NCBI GenBank assembly: GCA_964016885.1
Contig: OZ024740.1
Coordinates: 330,274,001 to 330,338,000 of the forward strand
Length of the DNA stretch: 64,000 nt
Reading direction: 5' to 3'
Source of the DNA: Eledone cirrhosa
Taxonomy: Eukaryota
The position numbers and the translations under genes are program-made. The notes below the pieces were generated by a model, which saw only the letters and a list, made by a program, of their open reading frames with translations, did no database searches and was not told the DNA's origin. Positions 1 to 14,720 of the stretch are shown here, in pieces. The number at the start of each line of letters is the position of its first letter. The first letter of the stretch is position 1.

Positions 1-869
1 GGGGGGGAAAGATTTAACATCAAATGCAAATCTGCGAGTGACCCATCACATGTATGTGTTGCAATTCTAAAACTACTAACAACATGTTTCATGTGCTTAT
101 TTTAAATATATATATATGTCAATCAATTTCTAGTTGATATAAAATGCTCGGATCTATTCATTGGAATCTTTTAGCTTATTCTACTGTGAATATGGCGCAT
201 GTCTCGGACATGATTCCCTTAATTTAATTTAATTTAATTATTTTTGGATATATACAAGGCTCCTTAATTGTTGAGCTAAATCAGTTGAAAGGACTCGGCA
301 GCTATTTATAGCTGTCGATCACCTTATTCACGGCACTGGGATGACGCTAGCATGTTGTTAGTAGTTTTAGAATTTCAACACATGCGATGGGTCAGTCGCA
401 GATGTGCATTTGATGTGTAAACACAGATAGTTAAATCTTGCACCTTGCTGAAGATCCATGTTTTACTACTGTGACTTTACGGATTAATGCTGAAATATAT
501 TTCTTTAATGAAATATATACAAGGAGGATTAATCATTTTTTAAAAGGTAATATTTGAAGCTCTAGTTAAACTTTAATTAGTTACCTACCTAGCTATGTGT
601 GATTACACACATTACAAATTATCCCCTGTGATGTTTCATGTATTTATTTTAAATATATATATATGTCAATCAATTTCTAGTTGATATATATATGTCGAAA
701 CGGATTGAACTCTGCGGTCGCGGTCATACTTGTTCCTATTACCCACTCTACTACCCTAAGTATTGAGTACTTTGGTGCGTTATGGTCCATCTGGTTCCTT
801 ACCACATTTTCTTCGTTTTATATATATATATATATGGTGGCTGCCAACTTGTTTTCGAGTACGGCCACT

Positions 870-1440
870 ACTTTATATCCATGTAGGAGAACCCCTACCG
901 ATGCGCTGAACGAATGTGACTTTTTAGTCCAGTCAGCGACTTGAATACTCTAGTACAAACACTACACTTGTGACAATTATTGACACAGTACTGAGCCCAC
1001 GGTACCATGTGACGACAAGTGCAGAGAGATCTCCAGATATAAAGCAATGCCTGTGCCGTGAAGCTTTTATAGTGAGCAAAGGCACTGCACAAAGCCAGTC
1101 CCACTCTCTTAACCAAGATGATATTTACCAAAAAGAAGAACAAGTCAACATCATTGGATACCATCAGGGTTGCAGGTGTTATATCAGAGTTTTCCTTCTC
1201 CTAGAATTCTGCCTTGACAAAGGCTCAGGGGTCATCTCTCCCGGTGATTTTGGATGGCCATTGACTCTTAAGAGCTCCTTTGCCCTTTGACAGGTTTTGT
1301 TTTTAGTCCTGCAGTATGTCCAAAGTCACCCTCCTCACCAAGAAGCCTTGGTGGGGTTGCCAGTTCAGTCGCCAACGACCCGACCATGAGACAGGTTGTA
1401 CTGGGATACATATTACCAGTAGCACCAACTGGTGACCTGA
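870..1440 (-). mobile_element. Degenerate, internally deleted RTE-like LINE remnant
   Basis: Minus ORF 895-1164 ends in a C2H2 finger (CSVCTRVFKSLTGLKSHIRSAH) of the kind found at RTE ORF C-termini. The minus strand at 1340-1390 (ggtcgttggcgactgaactggcaacccca) resembles RTE 5'UTR sequence. Confidence 0.45.
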
Positions 1441-2892
1441 TATATATATTTATACTCACACAAACAGAAAAATATATCAATCCTCATTGTGAGAGCCATA
1501 CATGCTTTTCACATTAATTGACCTATTCTTGAAACAGAGGTCATGCATAAATATATTTTTAATTTTTTGATTATTTTTATAATAAGAACTTTCATTAATT
1601 GAGTTTTGATGAGAACTTTGCCTACGATTATTTGTTGAACACATGATATATTTGTTTCTTCATATCTTTCAATTAAATATTTGTTTATGTTAAAATCTTA
1701 GTAAATTTATGCTAGGAATGTGATCCATAATCTATTCATATTGTACATTTTCGCCATATTAGATATGAACCTGAAAAGAAGAAGAGGCGTCCATACAATA
1801 TAATGGCATCTTTCCTCGTTTGGCGAATGTAAGGTAAACTAATTCTTTCGGGATTCCATTAGGAAGTAAATCATTATAGACGTAAAGGCCAATTTATGCG
1901 TGATTCTGTTATTGATGAGCAGATTGAATGTCGTTACTGATGATGGTTGAAACAATATATACACAGGTTGTCATGAGACTATGTAGATCATCGGTCTAAC
2001 AACAATGGGATAAGGTTTATTAAAGTAGAATATATAGATATCGCTTTGGGGCAGAAAGAAATCAAAATATCGATAAATCTTTCCGTCATATTTTCATACG
2101 TATAGCCTTGCGGTTGATATTTTGTTATATCGCTCTTCCATCAAATTTGTATAAAACGATATCTAATATTTTGACAGAACCGTACACGTTCATATGCACA
2201 ATTTTCAGATACTGTAGAATAGAAATATCTATAGAATATGTTGGGTCAGATCTTGAAACTCCGGCAGAACGAGAGTCAACATTTAAGATTATCATGTCGA
2301 TTAATACGGTTTTATACCGTTATTATCTACGATAATATTATACTTAATGATTTACTGAGTCACACAGAGCAGTTTTAAATAGTAATGATTACGTACATAC
2401 AAACACACACACACTTTATTTACGTGCATAAACAGGGAGCACTACAATCTATTTTCTAAACGGACCGACTGTATGTGTTGGGCAGGTAGCTCAAATAGCA
2501 CGCACACCATGAAAATACCATCACATGCCAGAGAAGGAGAATCACCATCTCAGTCGTACCACCAAGAAGCAAGCATACTCAAATACCCACTATCGCTCGA
2601 TTCCAGTAATTTTATAAGCATAACCGAGGCGCAGACTTCATTGTGCTGACGATCTCATATCGACATCATCAACTAACCTGAAACAAGCTATGGTATTCCT
2701 GAGCCGCATGAGTCCAATCTCCATTCTTCAGCGTGTTAAACTTTTCTAAATATGTGTGGTGATTTCTACATATTGGAACAACTGGTTAAGTCATTGTGGT
2801 AACATATATGTAATATAACAAAACTGAAATAGAAAAAAATTCATTATTGTTTTATATTGTTCCACGTGTTGTTTTATCTTGTTGCAGTTTAT

Positions 2893-2894
<2 letters not shown>

Positions 2895-2944
<50 letters not shown>

Positions 2945-2956
2945 ACACACACACAC

Positions 2957-3010
<54 letters not shown>
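2895..3010. repeat. Compound (CA)n/(TA)n microsatellite
   Basis: Seen directly. Confidence 0.95.
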
Positions 3011-3012
<2 letters not shown>

Positions 3013-3639
3013 AACGAACACACTCACACAATATACAAACAATCTATATTTAGTACTGTTGACCGGTACGATGTTTTAAATTTGTAAGTTAATGTTTTTT
3101 TTACTATAAAAAATAGTGTAATGGGGTGGGAATATCGCACGTGAAGATCAGAAGAGTTTGTAAAGCGTCGATCATTGAACACGAAAACACACCTGCAATA
3201 TAACTTTTCAACGTGCTACAATTTACACACAAGCGGCATCTTACGAATTCTAACGTGAATTTACGTCTTATCTATGAGGAATATTTGAATTTGAAAGTTA
3301 AAAGCTTCAACTTTTTTGACTATGGAAAATAATCGAAAATTTTTGGCATATAAAGGCTAGTGACAGAAAGAAATTTTATAGTGACAGAAAGAAATGTTAT
3401 AGTGCCACCCTTAAAGTCTAATAAATTTAGCAAAGATATACAAATTGGTTAAGAAGCAAGTCTGATATTTGAAAGACACGTAGATCAATACTACGTAGCG
3501 TTAGTTGCTCGATTTCTTTTCCTGCCTGAGAGTGATTTACCTGATTTTCAAAGCGCTACAATTTCTAAGGATCCTCTATCTTTACAGTTATGTTGTGAGT
3601 ATTAAATCCCATATATCGATAGATTTATGTTTTCAAATC

Positions 3640-3850
3640 CACTAGTGGGAGGGATCGTCCTGATGAGGAATAGTTAATTTAGAAATGCAGTGACGATTGT
3701 CCCCCTTGCTTCAGCTGGATAACACCAGTGGGCGGTAGCCTCCATGTTTTTGACATAACTACGGCTTTCTAAATGTTTATCTATCTTTAGAAATACGAAA
3801 TTCCAATACATATCGGTATACAACTATGCTCGAAGCTAAATCCTAATTGT
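3640..3850 (+). mobile_element. Hammerhead-bearing repeat (Penelope pLTR/retrozyme-like), copy A
   Basis: atcgtc-CTGATGA-ggaat..attta-GAAA-tgcagt-gacgat at 3655-3697. The downstream sequence (gtttttgacataactacggctttctaaatg...gctcgaagctaaatcctaatt) matches the reverse complement of 55455-55700. Confidence 0.65.
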
Positions 3851-3884
3851 CTCTCTCTCTCTCCCTCACTCTCTCTATCTCTCT

Positions 3885-3952
<68 letters not shown>

Positions 3953-3979
3953 TGTGTGTGTGTGTATGTATGCATGGCC

Positions 3980-4290
3980 CCGTAACTCTTGATAGAGTCG
4001 TAGGGCGCCGTATTGTCATACGGCGTTTCTTAAGCATTTTTAGCTGGTTGGAGCCCATCCACCTGCAGGCCTTAGTACAGCAGATTTCCGCCAGAGAAAG
4101 ATAAAAAGTGAGAGAACAAATAAGAAAGAGATATAGGGGAACAATCGATCCCAATACTAGACTTGTACTTTTTTTTATCACCTCTAAAGGATGAAATGCA
4201 AAGATTACCTCGTCGGGATCTGAACTCAGAGACCAGTGAGCCAGAGCGAATATCATAAAGCATTCTATCAATATGCTAACGACTCCACGA
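3980..4290 (-). mobile_element. SINE (Octopus OK-like core, alternative tail)
   Basis: Minus strand ctgagttcagatcccgacgaggtaatctttgcatttcatcc matches the core of the SINEs at 19167 and 62812. The tail is shared with 8710-8950. Confidence 0.65.
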
Positions 4291-5713
4291 CATATATGTG
4301 GGTGTTCTTGTGTGTGTTAGTGCATGTGATCTCGCTTTTGTGTGAGTGTGCATGAGCTTACATAGAAACAAGAAAAATAATTAGTTTTTTATATAAAAAA
4401 GATGGCTAATTTATTATGAATCGTACCATATGATTCGTGTTTAAATTTGGACTCCAATCAAAATCTAGACGTGGAACCTAATCTAGTGTTATACAATTTA
4501 TATATAGTTCCAGATAAACGACATGGAAACATATATACAATAATAGAATATCTTATTAGTTTCACGCTACGTAGAATCGGAAAAATGATGTTTCAAGGCA
4601 TCCGGTATTAGTCGTTCATCAAAGAGGAGGCAGGTTCGGAGAAAGATAAACTTCTGAAGCTGTAGAAAAAATAACCGAGAAAGAAAAAATGTTTTATCGG
4701 GAAGGAGGGGTAGGCAAGTGGTTGGATGTTCAAGAGTAAGAGCCTAAAGGAGTGGCCATATCTATCATAGATGCTATTATGTGTGTGCAGATAAAGTGCA
4801 TTTCAAGGGTGCGCTTGACATAGATGTTATTTCTCCTGCGTGTGTGGGCGTTTTTATTTAATTGGGTAATTGCATGATGTGTAATGAGATTTGTCCTACA
4901 TTAACACACTTGATGTTCACTATATATAGCGCTTTCCTTTAAAATAGGACAATTGACTAACATGTAAATTTGTCTATTTATTATGATAGAAAATCACAGA
5001 TATTTTAGCCTGAAGTGGACATGTTTCTTGCAAGAAGTTAATTATTCTAGAACCCTCTGCTTATCTGACTGCTGATCCAATCGACGCATATGAAAATTAT
5101 GCAAATATATTCGGAATTAAAGACAAGATATTCCGCGAATGATTATACAATTTGAAGAATTATAGTTTTTTTTCAAACAGTAAAAAACATAAATCTGATT
5201 AAATATGAAAGATATGTGAAAATAGCTCAAATTTCTTGAGGATGAAATATCCATCGGGACAAAAAATTGAAATTTGGAAGAATAATTACTCAAGAGACGT
5301 CATATATCTTCAAGAATTCGATATCTAAATACGTCGCGTTTAATATCTCAACACTAATCAGTCTGAAGTATAAGGAAAATAGTTCATTACTTTACACGGC
5401 CATCAGGCATGCTATATTGTCTTTACTGTTTTTTAAAATTATCTATTTATGGAAATGTGTCAGAATGTTAATATAGCGAATTTTAGTTGACGGTAATTCA
5501 AATTGTCTCTTCGTATATATATATATACACTAGCTGGCCCGTCCGGCTAGTATATGTATATACCACACATCGTCCCGTTTCACATTGTCGTTCCGACTCT
5601 CTCTCTCTCTCTCTCTCAATAACCAACTCTTTAATTGTATCTCCTTCGTTCTTCTCTCCTCCCTCTGGTTTTCTCTCTCTCTCTCTCTGTAGATGTGTGT
5701 GTAGTTTTCCTAA

Positions 5714-5767
<54 letters not shown>

Positions 5768-5879
5768 CAGAGAGAGAGAGAGAAAATATATAGCTTTCAC
5801 CGTCGTATTTTTGACTAAAGGAATTTTAGCCTGATAATAGGGTTTAGAACCCTCAGATAAATGGAAAAAGATGAGTATT

Positions 5880-5949
5880 GACGTACATGGGAGTCGAACC
5901 CACATCTTTGGTTATCGTGACCACTGTGCTACCATTGCACCAACATCTC
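5880..5949 (-). pseudogene. tRNA-like sequence (pseudo-tRNA or SINE head)
   Basis: Minus strand has A-box TGGTGCAATGG, D-stem gtgc/gcac and T-arm gtggg-TTCGACT-cccat. The acceptor stem pairs poorly. Confidence 0.55.
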
Positions 5950-6266
5950 ACCCATCTCTTTCCATTCAAGTTAGAAACTACATTCTTAGCGAGTTTAAAT
6001 GGCAAGTAATTTCAAACCAGTGAGCAGGTTTGAAATTAGAAAATATATAGCTTATATATATATATATTAAAGGGAGGTACGGAAACTAAAACAGTGTTGT
6101 CATATAGAGAGTGAAGAGCGACAGAGAGAGTAAAGCAGTTACATTATAGAGAGGGGAAATGATCTATTATGTAGAGAGGGAAGAGCGACGAATAGAGTAA
6201 AGCTAAGAAACTATAGGGAGATGTGTAGGATACATACATAATACATACACACGACACTCAGCTTTA

Positions 6267-6720
<454 letters not shown>

Positions 6721-7446
6721 AGAGAAAAAGAGAGGGAGAAAGAGATTGGGGCTCCAACATAGTGTTATACACATGGACATACGTGTTATATATCGAATAA
6801 TATAATGGCTGTATATGAAAGACGTTTGTAATCCTTTTGCTATGAAATGTTAGGGTTGTAACGGATATCACAGACATCATCGCATCAAAACCAGTCAGAA
6901 ACAATTGATAATACTTTGTTTCTCACTCGTTAGTGGTTATCGTGACTACATATATCCCTGAATCTATTATGGTTAAGATAAATTAGTATCATGTACATGT
7001 TTTGCTTATCTATGTAGTCTGCTGAAATGTATTTGCACACGGAGCGGTACCGACTTGGTTTATAATTTAAGAAAAAAGTAGTATTGGTTCTCTAACCTAG
7101 CCTTATGCATAAGTATGTGAATGAAAAATATAAGCCTTTCTCTGTATATCTTTCAGGTAGCAACCAACAAGAGCTGGTGGAAATAATAAACAACACGTCA
7201 ATATTCACTTGCTAGCGTTTATCAACGCTAAATATCTTACAACTTCTGCTGAGGTTAATACACACACACGCACACACACACACACAGACACCCACACAGA
7301 CACACACACACACACGCACACCCACCCGTACATTCACACACACGCGCACACATACACACATATATATATATAAATGTGAACCTAATACAAATGTGTACAA
7401 ATTGCCTCCTCAATTTTGTTTGTTCCTTTCAACTATATATATATAA

Positions 7447-8220
7447 CAACCCTCGCCGATAAAGCCTGGCAGCTTCGGAGGAACAATCAAGCGTTCTCCC
7501 TTGATTGGCAAATTATTGCAGCTGCGCCTGCATATCAGCAGAATCATCGATTCTGCAAGTTATGCAATTTAGAGATATACTGCATTTTAACGTCGGTAAA
7601 CAAACTATTGAACAGCAAAATTGAACGTTCTCTATACTGTAACCATCGTTTGAAAACGACTTTTTCTTTTTTTAAATGCATATAATGTTACCTTTTTACA
7701 CCACCGTTTGCAAATTTCTGTCTTATATGTTTATACACAAGATATGGCTTTCTATAATAATAGTACTAAACACTGTTTTTCTGGACCCCTTTAGAAATAA
7801 CCTGCTACTATAATAGACCTAATAACTTGTCTGTGGCACTGTACCACTTTGACCCCTTTAACTAAATTTTGTCCAAACAACACCACTAGAAGAATCTACT
7901 TCCCCGCCAACCTTAGCACGCCTCATCAAGCTAACTGCTGCCAAAACATTCTCTCCTCACAATCTCTACTAGTCTGACAGTCTTAAATCCTAAGACTCCC
8001 TCCACCTTACTCACTTCCCTCTTCCCTTTCTCTTCCTACCTCCTTCTTTATCGTTTATCTAGTGTATAAAATATTTTCATATCATTCTAATACAAAGGTC
8101 TGAAGACATGGTGTGTGTGCTTACAGTGTACCTTCGGTTTATGATAATATTTGTATATTATTCAAATAGCGAGGTATAGGTAACCCATACTCTATAGAAA
8201 CAATTGTTACCTAATAAATT
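7447..8220 (+). mobile_element. 3' fragment of a Penelope-like element (GIY-YIG C-terminus plus 3' region with hammerhead)
   Basis: TLADKAWQLRR..LDWQII..Y..CKLCNLE..I..LLNSKIE..CNHRLK matches the C-terminal signature of PLE GIY-YIG endonucleases. A hammerhead motif lies downstream. Confidence 0.7.
8096..8212 (+). ncRNA. Type I hammerhead ribozyme motif with extended stem II
   Basis: aggt-CTGAAGA-[~90 nt; catggtgtgtg pairs with catactctata using GU pairs]-GAAA-caattg-TT-acct. Stem I is aggt/acct and stem III is palindromic. Confidence 0.6.
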
Positions 8221-8252
8221 CTATATACCCGCATTTCCATTTCGTAAACTTC

Positions 8253-8287
<35 letters not shown>

Positions 8288-8709
8288 AATATTCGTAAAA
8301 TGTGAGTATTGTCAGCGCGGAAGCTAGATAATAGCAGCTGCATACTATTTGCTTAGAAAACGTTTTTGGGTTAGATATAACAACAAATCGATGTTTATAT
8401 ATATATCTGTGTATGTGTGTGTGATATGTATCTGTGTTTGTGTCATGTGAATTCTGAAATAGGATATATCTAATACAGTGGCGGAAAAGATTGCACAGTT
8501 TTGGCTGCTTGCAATCTTCTCTGTCTAAACATTTCTGACGTGAGACGTAGGTTATCAGATGTTCCTAACTATTGTTTATGTTTGTCTATAATCACAACGA
8601 TTAATTCGGAACGCTACATGTGAAATTTAATATAAATGTTTTGCCAATGTTTCAGAATTCGCATGAATGGTCAACATACACACACACCCTCACAACATAT
8701 ATGCAAATT

Positions 8710-8950
8710 CGTTCCGGCTCTCCACTCTTTGAGTTCAAATCCCACCGAGATCAACTTTGCTTTGCATCTATTATTGGGGACAATTATTCCTCTATATTTC
8801 TTTCTCATTTCCGCTCTCACTTTATAGCCATCTGTGGAAGAAATCTTCTGTGACATGTAGAGTGATGGGCGCCGCCTGCCTTAAAATGACCTGGTATTGA
8901 TGTATGCCACTAATGCGTCGCTAAGGCACAATCAGGATTTGCGGGGTCAT
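8710..8950 (+). mobile_element. SINE fragment, same subfamily as 3980-4290
   Basis: gagttcaaatcccaccgagatcaactttgc core plus the shared tail. Confidence 0.6.
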
Positions 8951-8966
8951 ACATTATATATGTATG

Positions 8967-9023
<57 letters not shown>

Positions 9024-9479
9024 CAGTATATATATATATATACGATGATGTAGAGAATAAAGAAGAGAACAAGTTTGTGACTTACAGTTACGTCGTTATT
9101 TTGTTATTACCATCTTTTTAATGTTAACATCTATCTACCTCTAACTTATATATACTTCTGAATATCATATGTTTTAAAATATGTTTTCTTGTGAGATCGT
9201 AGATCACCCTTTAAATCATATCTCAATATATTAATATCTAGTAAAATTTACTCTCTTTGTGTTACGTACATATGTATTATTACACTTTGTTTAATAATCT
9301 AGTAGATTCATAAAGTGATGTCTTGATCACGCTGATAGAAAAAGACGGATCCTCATTATTGATTATATTCTAAATAAATTTCAATTTCTTAATAACGCCT
9401 ATATTGCTAAATAGGTTAATCTAAGTGGTCAATTAATATTGACATTGGCTTTAATTCTACAATCGCATATATTATATTA

Positions 9480-9600
9480 ATAACTGTTTCTACTTTTGGC
9501 CCAAGGCCAGCAATTATCCCAGTGTATCACTGGTGCTTTATTTCATCGACCCCGTAAGGATGAAAGGCAAAGTTAACTTCAGCGTGATATGATCTCAGAC
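9480..9600 (-). mobile_element. SINE 3' part (OK-like)
   Basis: Reverse complement of ctttgcctttcatccttacggggtcgat...gctggccttgggccaaaagtagaaac. Confidence 0.75.
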
Positions 9601-12600
9601 CGTTAATAGTATTGTAATGCAATTACATATTGCAAGTAATATATTTTTGATATTTCTTGTAATTTATGAAATTAAATTCGAAAAAATGATGCTTAAATTT
9701 AGCACCTTGCATTGCATTCACATGTTGAGCGATAAGTCAGTTCGTTATCCTCTGAAAACAAATATTTCTTCATTTTATACAGAACCTACGATAAGACAGA
9801 GATCAACATCAAAAAGTGTTTAACTAAGGATATAAATGAATATATAAATAAAATGAATAAATTTACTTTGTCTAACATCTACCCGATAATTTAATTTTAA
9901 AGTTTTAATGAAATAAAAGTAATAGTAATAAATAAAATATTACTTAATATATTTTCCACTGTACTTTACTCGTTGTATCAAGTCCGGAAGGGTAACAGTT
10001 TACATTGAATACCGGTAGTGTGTGAAATATTAACATGAATGAAATATTTCTTACGTTCAAGCATTTCTTCAATACACTCTTTGAATATATTAAATATTTC
10101 TGTTTACTCTATTTGATACGGTAATATACAGTGACATTTTGAGATATTTTTGTATGGTTTGTGGTAAAATGTTAACACAGTAGTACAAACAACTAAAGAA
10201 CACAATATGAGATTTTCATATGTATATTTTCAGTGATGCTCTAGCATAAGAGTGTAACATTTTTCTAAATTGTATTACTTTGTATCCTATAATAATTGTG
10301 GTAAGAAAAACGGCAACTATTGCATATAATTAGCAACATTTTGATTCAGTATTGGAAAAAACACTTAAGATTTATGTTAAATGATAGCAAAATGCACTCC
10401 CGACGATTTCGACGATGATAATTCGCACTTTCTCAATATACCAAGCAGAAAAATTGATTGCAAGGACCTAATTATTTCAAAGTGCATCCCAAATCTTTCG
10501 GCCATGCTACGAAGTAGCAAAAGTGATATCTGATTAAAAAAAATCAGTTCAAAGTATTTTGCTGTATTTAGATCTTAAATATTAATGATATTCTTATTTC
10601 TTACTTTTCGAGATTTGAACTTGAGAAATTGCATTCATCTTCTCCGTCCCAGGGAGACTGGGAAGACTGTCGAAGTTAAAGTTTCAATTGAAAATGTAAG
10701 AATATAGGTAAAACTGAAGAATAACACGTCGGGGCGGGCAAATATGATTAAATGTAGCAAGAGAGATGAGTAGGCCAGACCTATTTTTAAATTGAAATAT
10801 TAATTGGTTAAAGAGACGATATAGATAAGAACAAGTATGCATCAACGCGAAATTTCAAGCCTCCAAATATCCTATTCATATCTTTTTGTTTGAAAATAGA
10901 TGTTTCTGTTAAGCAGACCATTGAGTGGAACTGGCATAATAAACTGATATACTGTGTACATTCATGTTATTTCTCATCGTTCCAATGCTCCTAAGATTAA
11001 CTCGCTCATTTTACTTATATTGGGAGCATTAAGTACACATCTACTAAATTTTTGTAATCGATTGTGAAGACAATCATAACTTTTGGCTACATGCCAATGC
11101 TAGAATGGAGAACTACGCCACTGCACTTCAATTGAGTGATGGGAGACATTTGATATATGATGCCACTGCCATTTTGCACTTAAAGAAGGATCAGATATAT
11201 TTGATATATGTTGCTCTTTCAGTTATTAGTATATACTATTTTAAGTGTAATCATTTTATTCCGATTTGGTTAGATCAAACGTAAATTGCAGCAAATCGGC
11301 GAAGAAAAATATCTAATCATGATGAGAGTTATCGAATAATATAACTCTAGATGTATATGCTTTTATACATTTTCTAACAACATAGCTATAGTGTTTCAGC
11401 TGAAACTGTGAGTAGTTGCCCAAGCTTCCCTGATTACGTATTGCGGTATTTGGAAATTTAATCATGTCTATTTTCTGTTTAGGTCTATGATGATGTGTGA
11501 GATGAGTTAAGCGTAATGATTGACAGAGCGGTGTTGAAGGTATTGTAGTTGTAGCAATTTTATATTGGATGATGTTGTTCTTATTAGGGCTTAAATTAAA
11601 TTAATTAACAGGATGTATAAGCAATGTGTATAGATTTTTGTAATTAAGGTGTTACGTTGAGAAAATTAGATGCATAATTATTTTGTTGGGGTATGCTAAC
11701 TTCATTTACTAAATGTTATATTTAATTATTCTTGCTTTTGCTTGCCTTGAAGGTCATGGCGCAACCATTTCATTAATCAGTGACCTTGCTTTTCCCTGAA
11801 ATAACCTGACTCAGTTTGATTATGGATAATACCAAATGTTTGGAGAGTTGCTATGAGATATAGGGAACGCATCATAGAAAAAATATATTTTCAAACATTT
11901 GCAGCGTTACGAAAGCAGTGATTCATACCGTTCAGATGTGATGTGAAAATACATTTAATTACACACATATTAGCTGTGTATAATTAGCACAAAATTATAA
12001 CCTTAATATCTAAGGCAACGCTGGTATTTGGTTGCTAATTAAGCATATAAGCACTGAATGGAAAATGAACTCATACTTTTTAAGTATTGTCAGATAGCAT
12101 GACGTAGAGAACTTTATTTCACATAAGTAAAGTACTAAAATGTAAACACTTTATGCTGTGTTGAGATATACGTATGTTCCAGTATACGAAGATTGAATGA
12201 TGACCTGAAAATCACGTGGTACCCATTCCACGTCAATTGAGCTGACATTTTATAACTATATATAGATACTCTAACAAATAATATATTTGAAGGTGGTGGT
12301 TAACCAGATGAGCTTTGAAGAGTGTGTGTGAACCGGGGAGAAAGCGCATGGGGGGAGGCACTGGATTTGTATCCGAAAAAGGAATATAGGAGGCGTAGTA
12401 GGGGGAACATATAATATATGTGTGCAAACACATCAAGAAGGGTTCCGATGCTGAAATAATTGCGCTACAACAAAATATATCCGACAAGATATTTACCTTC
12501 AAGCACGGCAGCCGATAGATCAGCAGTATGGGGGCCAAGGAGGAGTCTCAACATTTAGGAACCTCGGAGATTTCTTCAGTAGAAATGTCTTCTTTTTTCT

Positions 12601-13179
12601 ATGTTTATCGTTTATTTCCGCTCGATCTGACATTCGAGTCTCTCGCCAAAGAGTTCTTTATTTCCCTAAAATGTAGGCAGGAGATGAGAGGGACCATCAG
12701 AATTACAGATAAGCACCCCTGAGCCGTTTAACTTTATAGAAAAGAACCCGCTGTCAATCGCGAGGAAACGATTTTTTATGAGTTTCTTCGTGTGTGTCAA
12801 ACTAATCTAACAAACATCGTACTATATTAACCGGTTTAGACGAACATTATGATACAGCTTTGATTGTGATTGAGCACTAGCAGAAATAAATGGAACTGCT
12901 CTGCATTTATTAGCCCATCATCGCAGCAATTGAACTAATATTTGTATGGCCTAAGGATTGAAGTTTTGCGAGAAACTTTACACAACGTAGAAGACCTCAT
13001 TTCCTGTGTTAACAAAAATGAGACCAATCTATGAGATGGTTAAAAATACAGTATATAACATTATATTTGAGTCAATTACGTAACAGAATGGTGGTCTATA
13101 TTTTACCGATGTTTCGGATACAATAGGTAAACGCTTCTTGAAAATTCTATTGTCTTATGTTAAGCAAGACCCAAATATA

Positions 13180-13600
13180 GCTATTCATCATGAACACTGA
13201 AAAGTATCTGGAACAGCACACCAATGAATGGAAGAATCACTGTCATTTCTTCAAGGGACTTTCAAGTAATATTATCTGTTATATGAAAGAGGTCTTGCGC
13301 CGATCAAGTTAGAGCTTGCCTAAAGTCGTCAAGTGTATAGCCACGTATCACCAAACTAATTTTAAAAACCAGCATGCTACACATCATCATGATGACAACA
13401 TTTTTGCAGAATTTGTTTCAAAGATTATGGAACGTGGCGGAGGCAAATTATCCCTTGACCCTGAAAGGTATCTTGATCCTTCATCATTTTGTACTGTTGT
13501 GGAAAGGGTTGCACACTTAATTAATCAAATGTTCCCCAATTTCGAAATCCAGTGTTCCAACGATGGGTGGCTGTGACCTTGCTCAAACAAACATCATAAT
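13180..13600 (+). pseudogene. Helitron Pif1-type helicase relic
   Basis: RDFQVILSV at ~13255 resembles GDFRQxLPV, and FAEFVSKIMERGGG..LINQMFPNFEIQCSNDGWL resembles the Helitron helicase segment that precedes RAILAP. The region has stops and frameshifts. Confidence 0.5.
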
Positions 13601-14199
13601 GAATGCTAGCAAAAGAATCTCTCACAAATGAATGCTAATATTTGTTTTTAATAACTATTCTGAAAATTATCAATCGGTTTACTTGTTTTTATACTGAAAT
13701 ATAATCATGGTTATCTAAAATTATTTGTATAGTATAGGTTTTCTGTGCACGGATTACGTTTAGTTTGTTTTTATAAGCACAATTTTATCCCCTAATGTTC
13801 GTCATTTCATAGACTAATATTTCTTTCATTCGTTTAACTCTAGTTATTTCAAATAAAGTTTCTGTAATAAGAGCATTTATTGAATTAAATGAATACAATT
13901 GAGACAAATACTACTATGTTTCTCCACTCTATTCCATTATTCCAAGCTTAAGCATTTGGTAATTCTTAGATATTGACAGTGAAGCGAAACGTTGTGTTGT
14001 TTCTTTTATCCTTCCTATCATTACCAATTCAAACAATAACTCAATATATCCTATACCTTTAGGGGTTTCTTGACTAAATTTTAAGACACAGCAATGTTAA
14101 TCTGTGTAGGCAAATTACTGATCATAAAATATGAAAATCCAGTAATGCTGTGCTATATAACATCGGATAATGTTGTAATCACAATTGAAAAACATCTCT

Positions 14200-14720
14200 A
14201 ACTGATCCAGCTGGATCCCAAAGCGTGATGTTATCCAATTATCTTGCTCAGGCTCTACTTCTGGGTCTCTTGCCAGTTGGTTTTGCCTGTAAAATGTGTC
14301 CAACGATTCTTTACGGAGACATTCTAACCACATGTTCATAATATCGGAGTTGTGATCTCAATTCGGAGAAGTAGCGGCTCTACCAGGAGAGACTCTCTGG
14401 TCTCTGAGCTATGCAATTTATCGAGTAACTTTACTCCAAAGACTCTTCGGAGGAATCCCATTTCTGCCACTCTTATTTGCAATTGCATTCTTTTGGTCAT
14501 TACTCAAGATTCATGATCCTCGGTAAGAGTTGGCAGGAATACCAGGAAGACAGCGAGTTTGGCTTTTACACATACCCTTCTTCTGATTGCTGAGGCTGGC
14601 GCATTAGTGCATCGGCTTTTACAATTCTTGCACTTCATTCAGCCTCCTGCATTCTATCACTCATGAACACGGCTCCAAGATACTTGAACTTCTCTAACTG
14701 CTTCAGTAGAACAGCATTCA
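14200..14720 (-). mobile_element. RTE-clade LINE RT/C-terminal remnant
   Basis: LKQLEKFKYLGAVF motif (ORF 14635-14868) followed by a decayed RTE-like C-terminal region. Confidence 0.6.

Noticed and set aside
5880-5949. Functional tRNA gene
   Set aside because: The acceptor stem is mismatched and the anticodon loop is non-canonical.
7140-7215. Possible exon after tatctttcag
   Set aside because: No good donor site and no recognisable peptide.
11297-11356. Hammerhead-like ATGATGA-gagttat..ataactc-TAGA; similar remnants at ~4585-4622, ~13105-13145 and ~26625-26647 (minus)
   Set aside because: The core boxes are too mutated to call.
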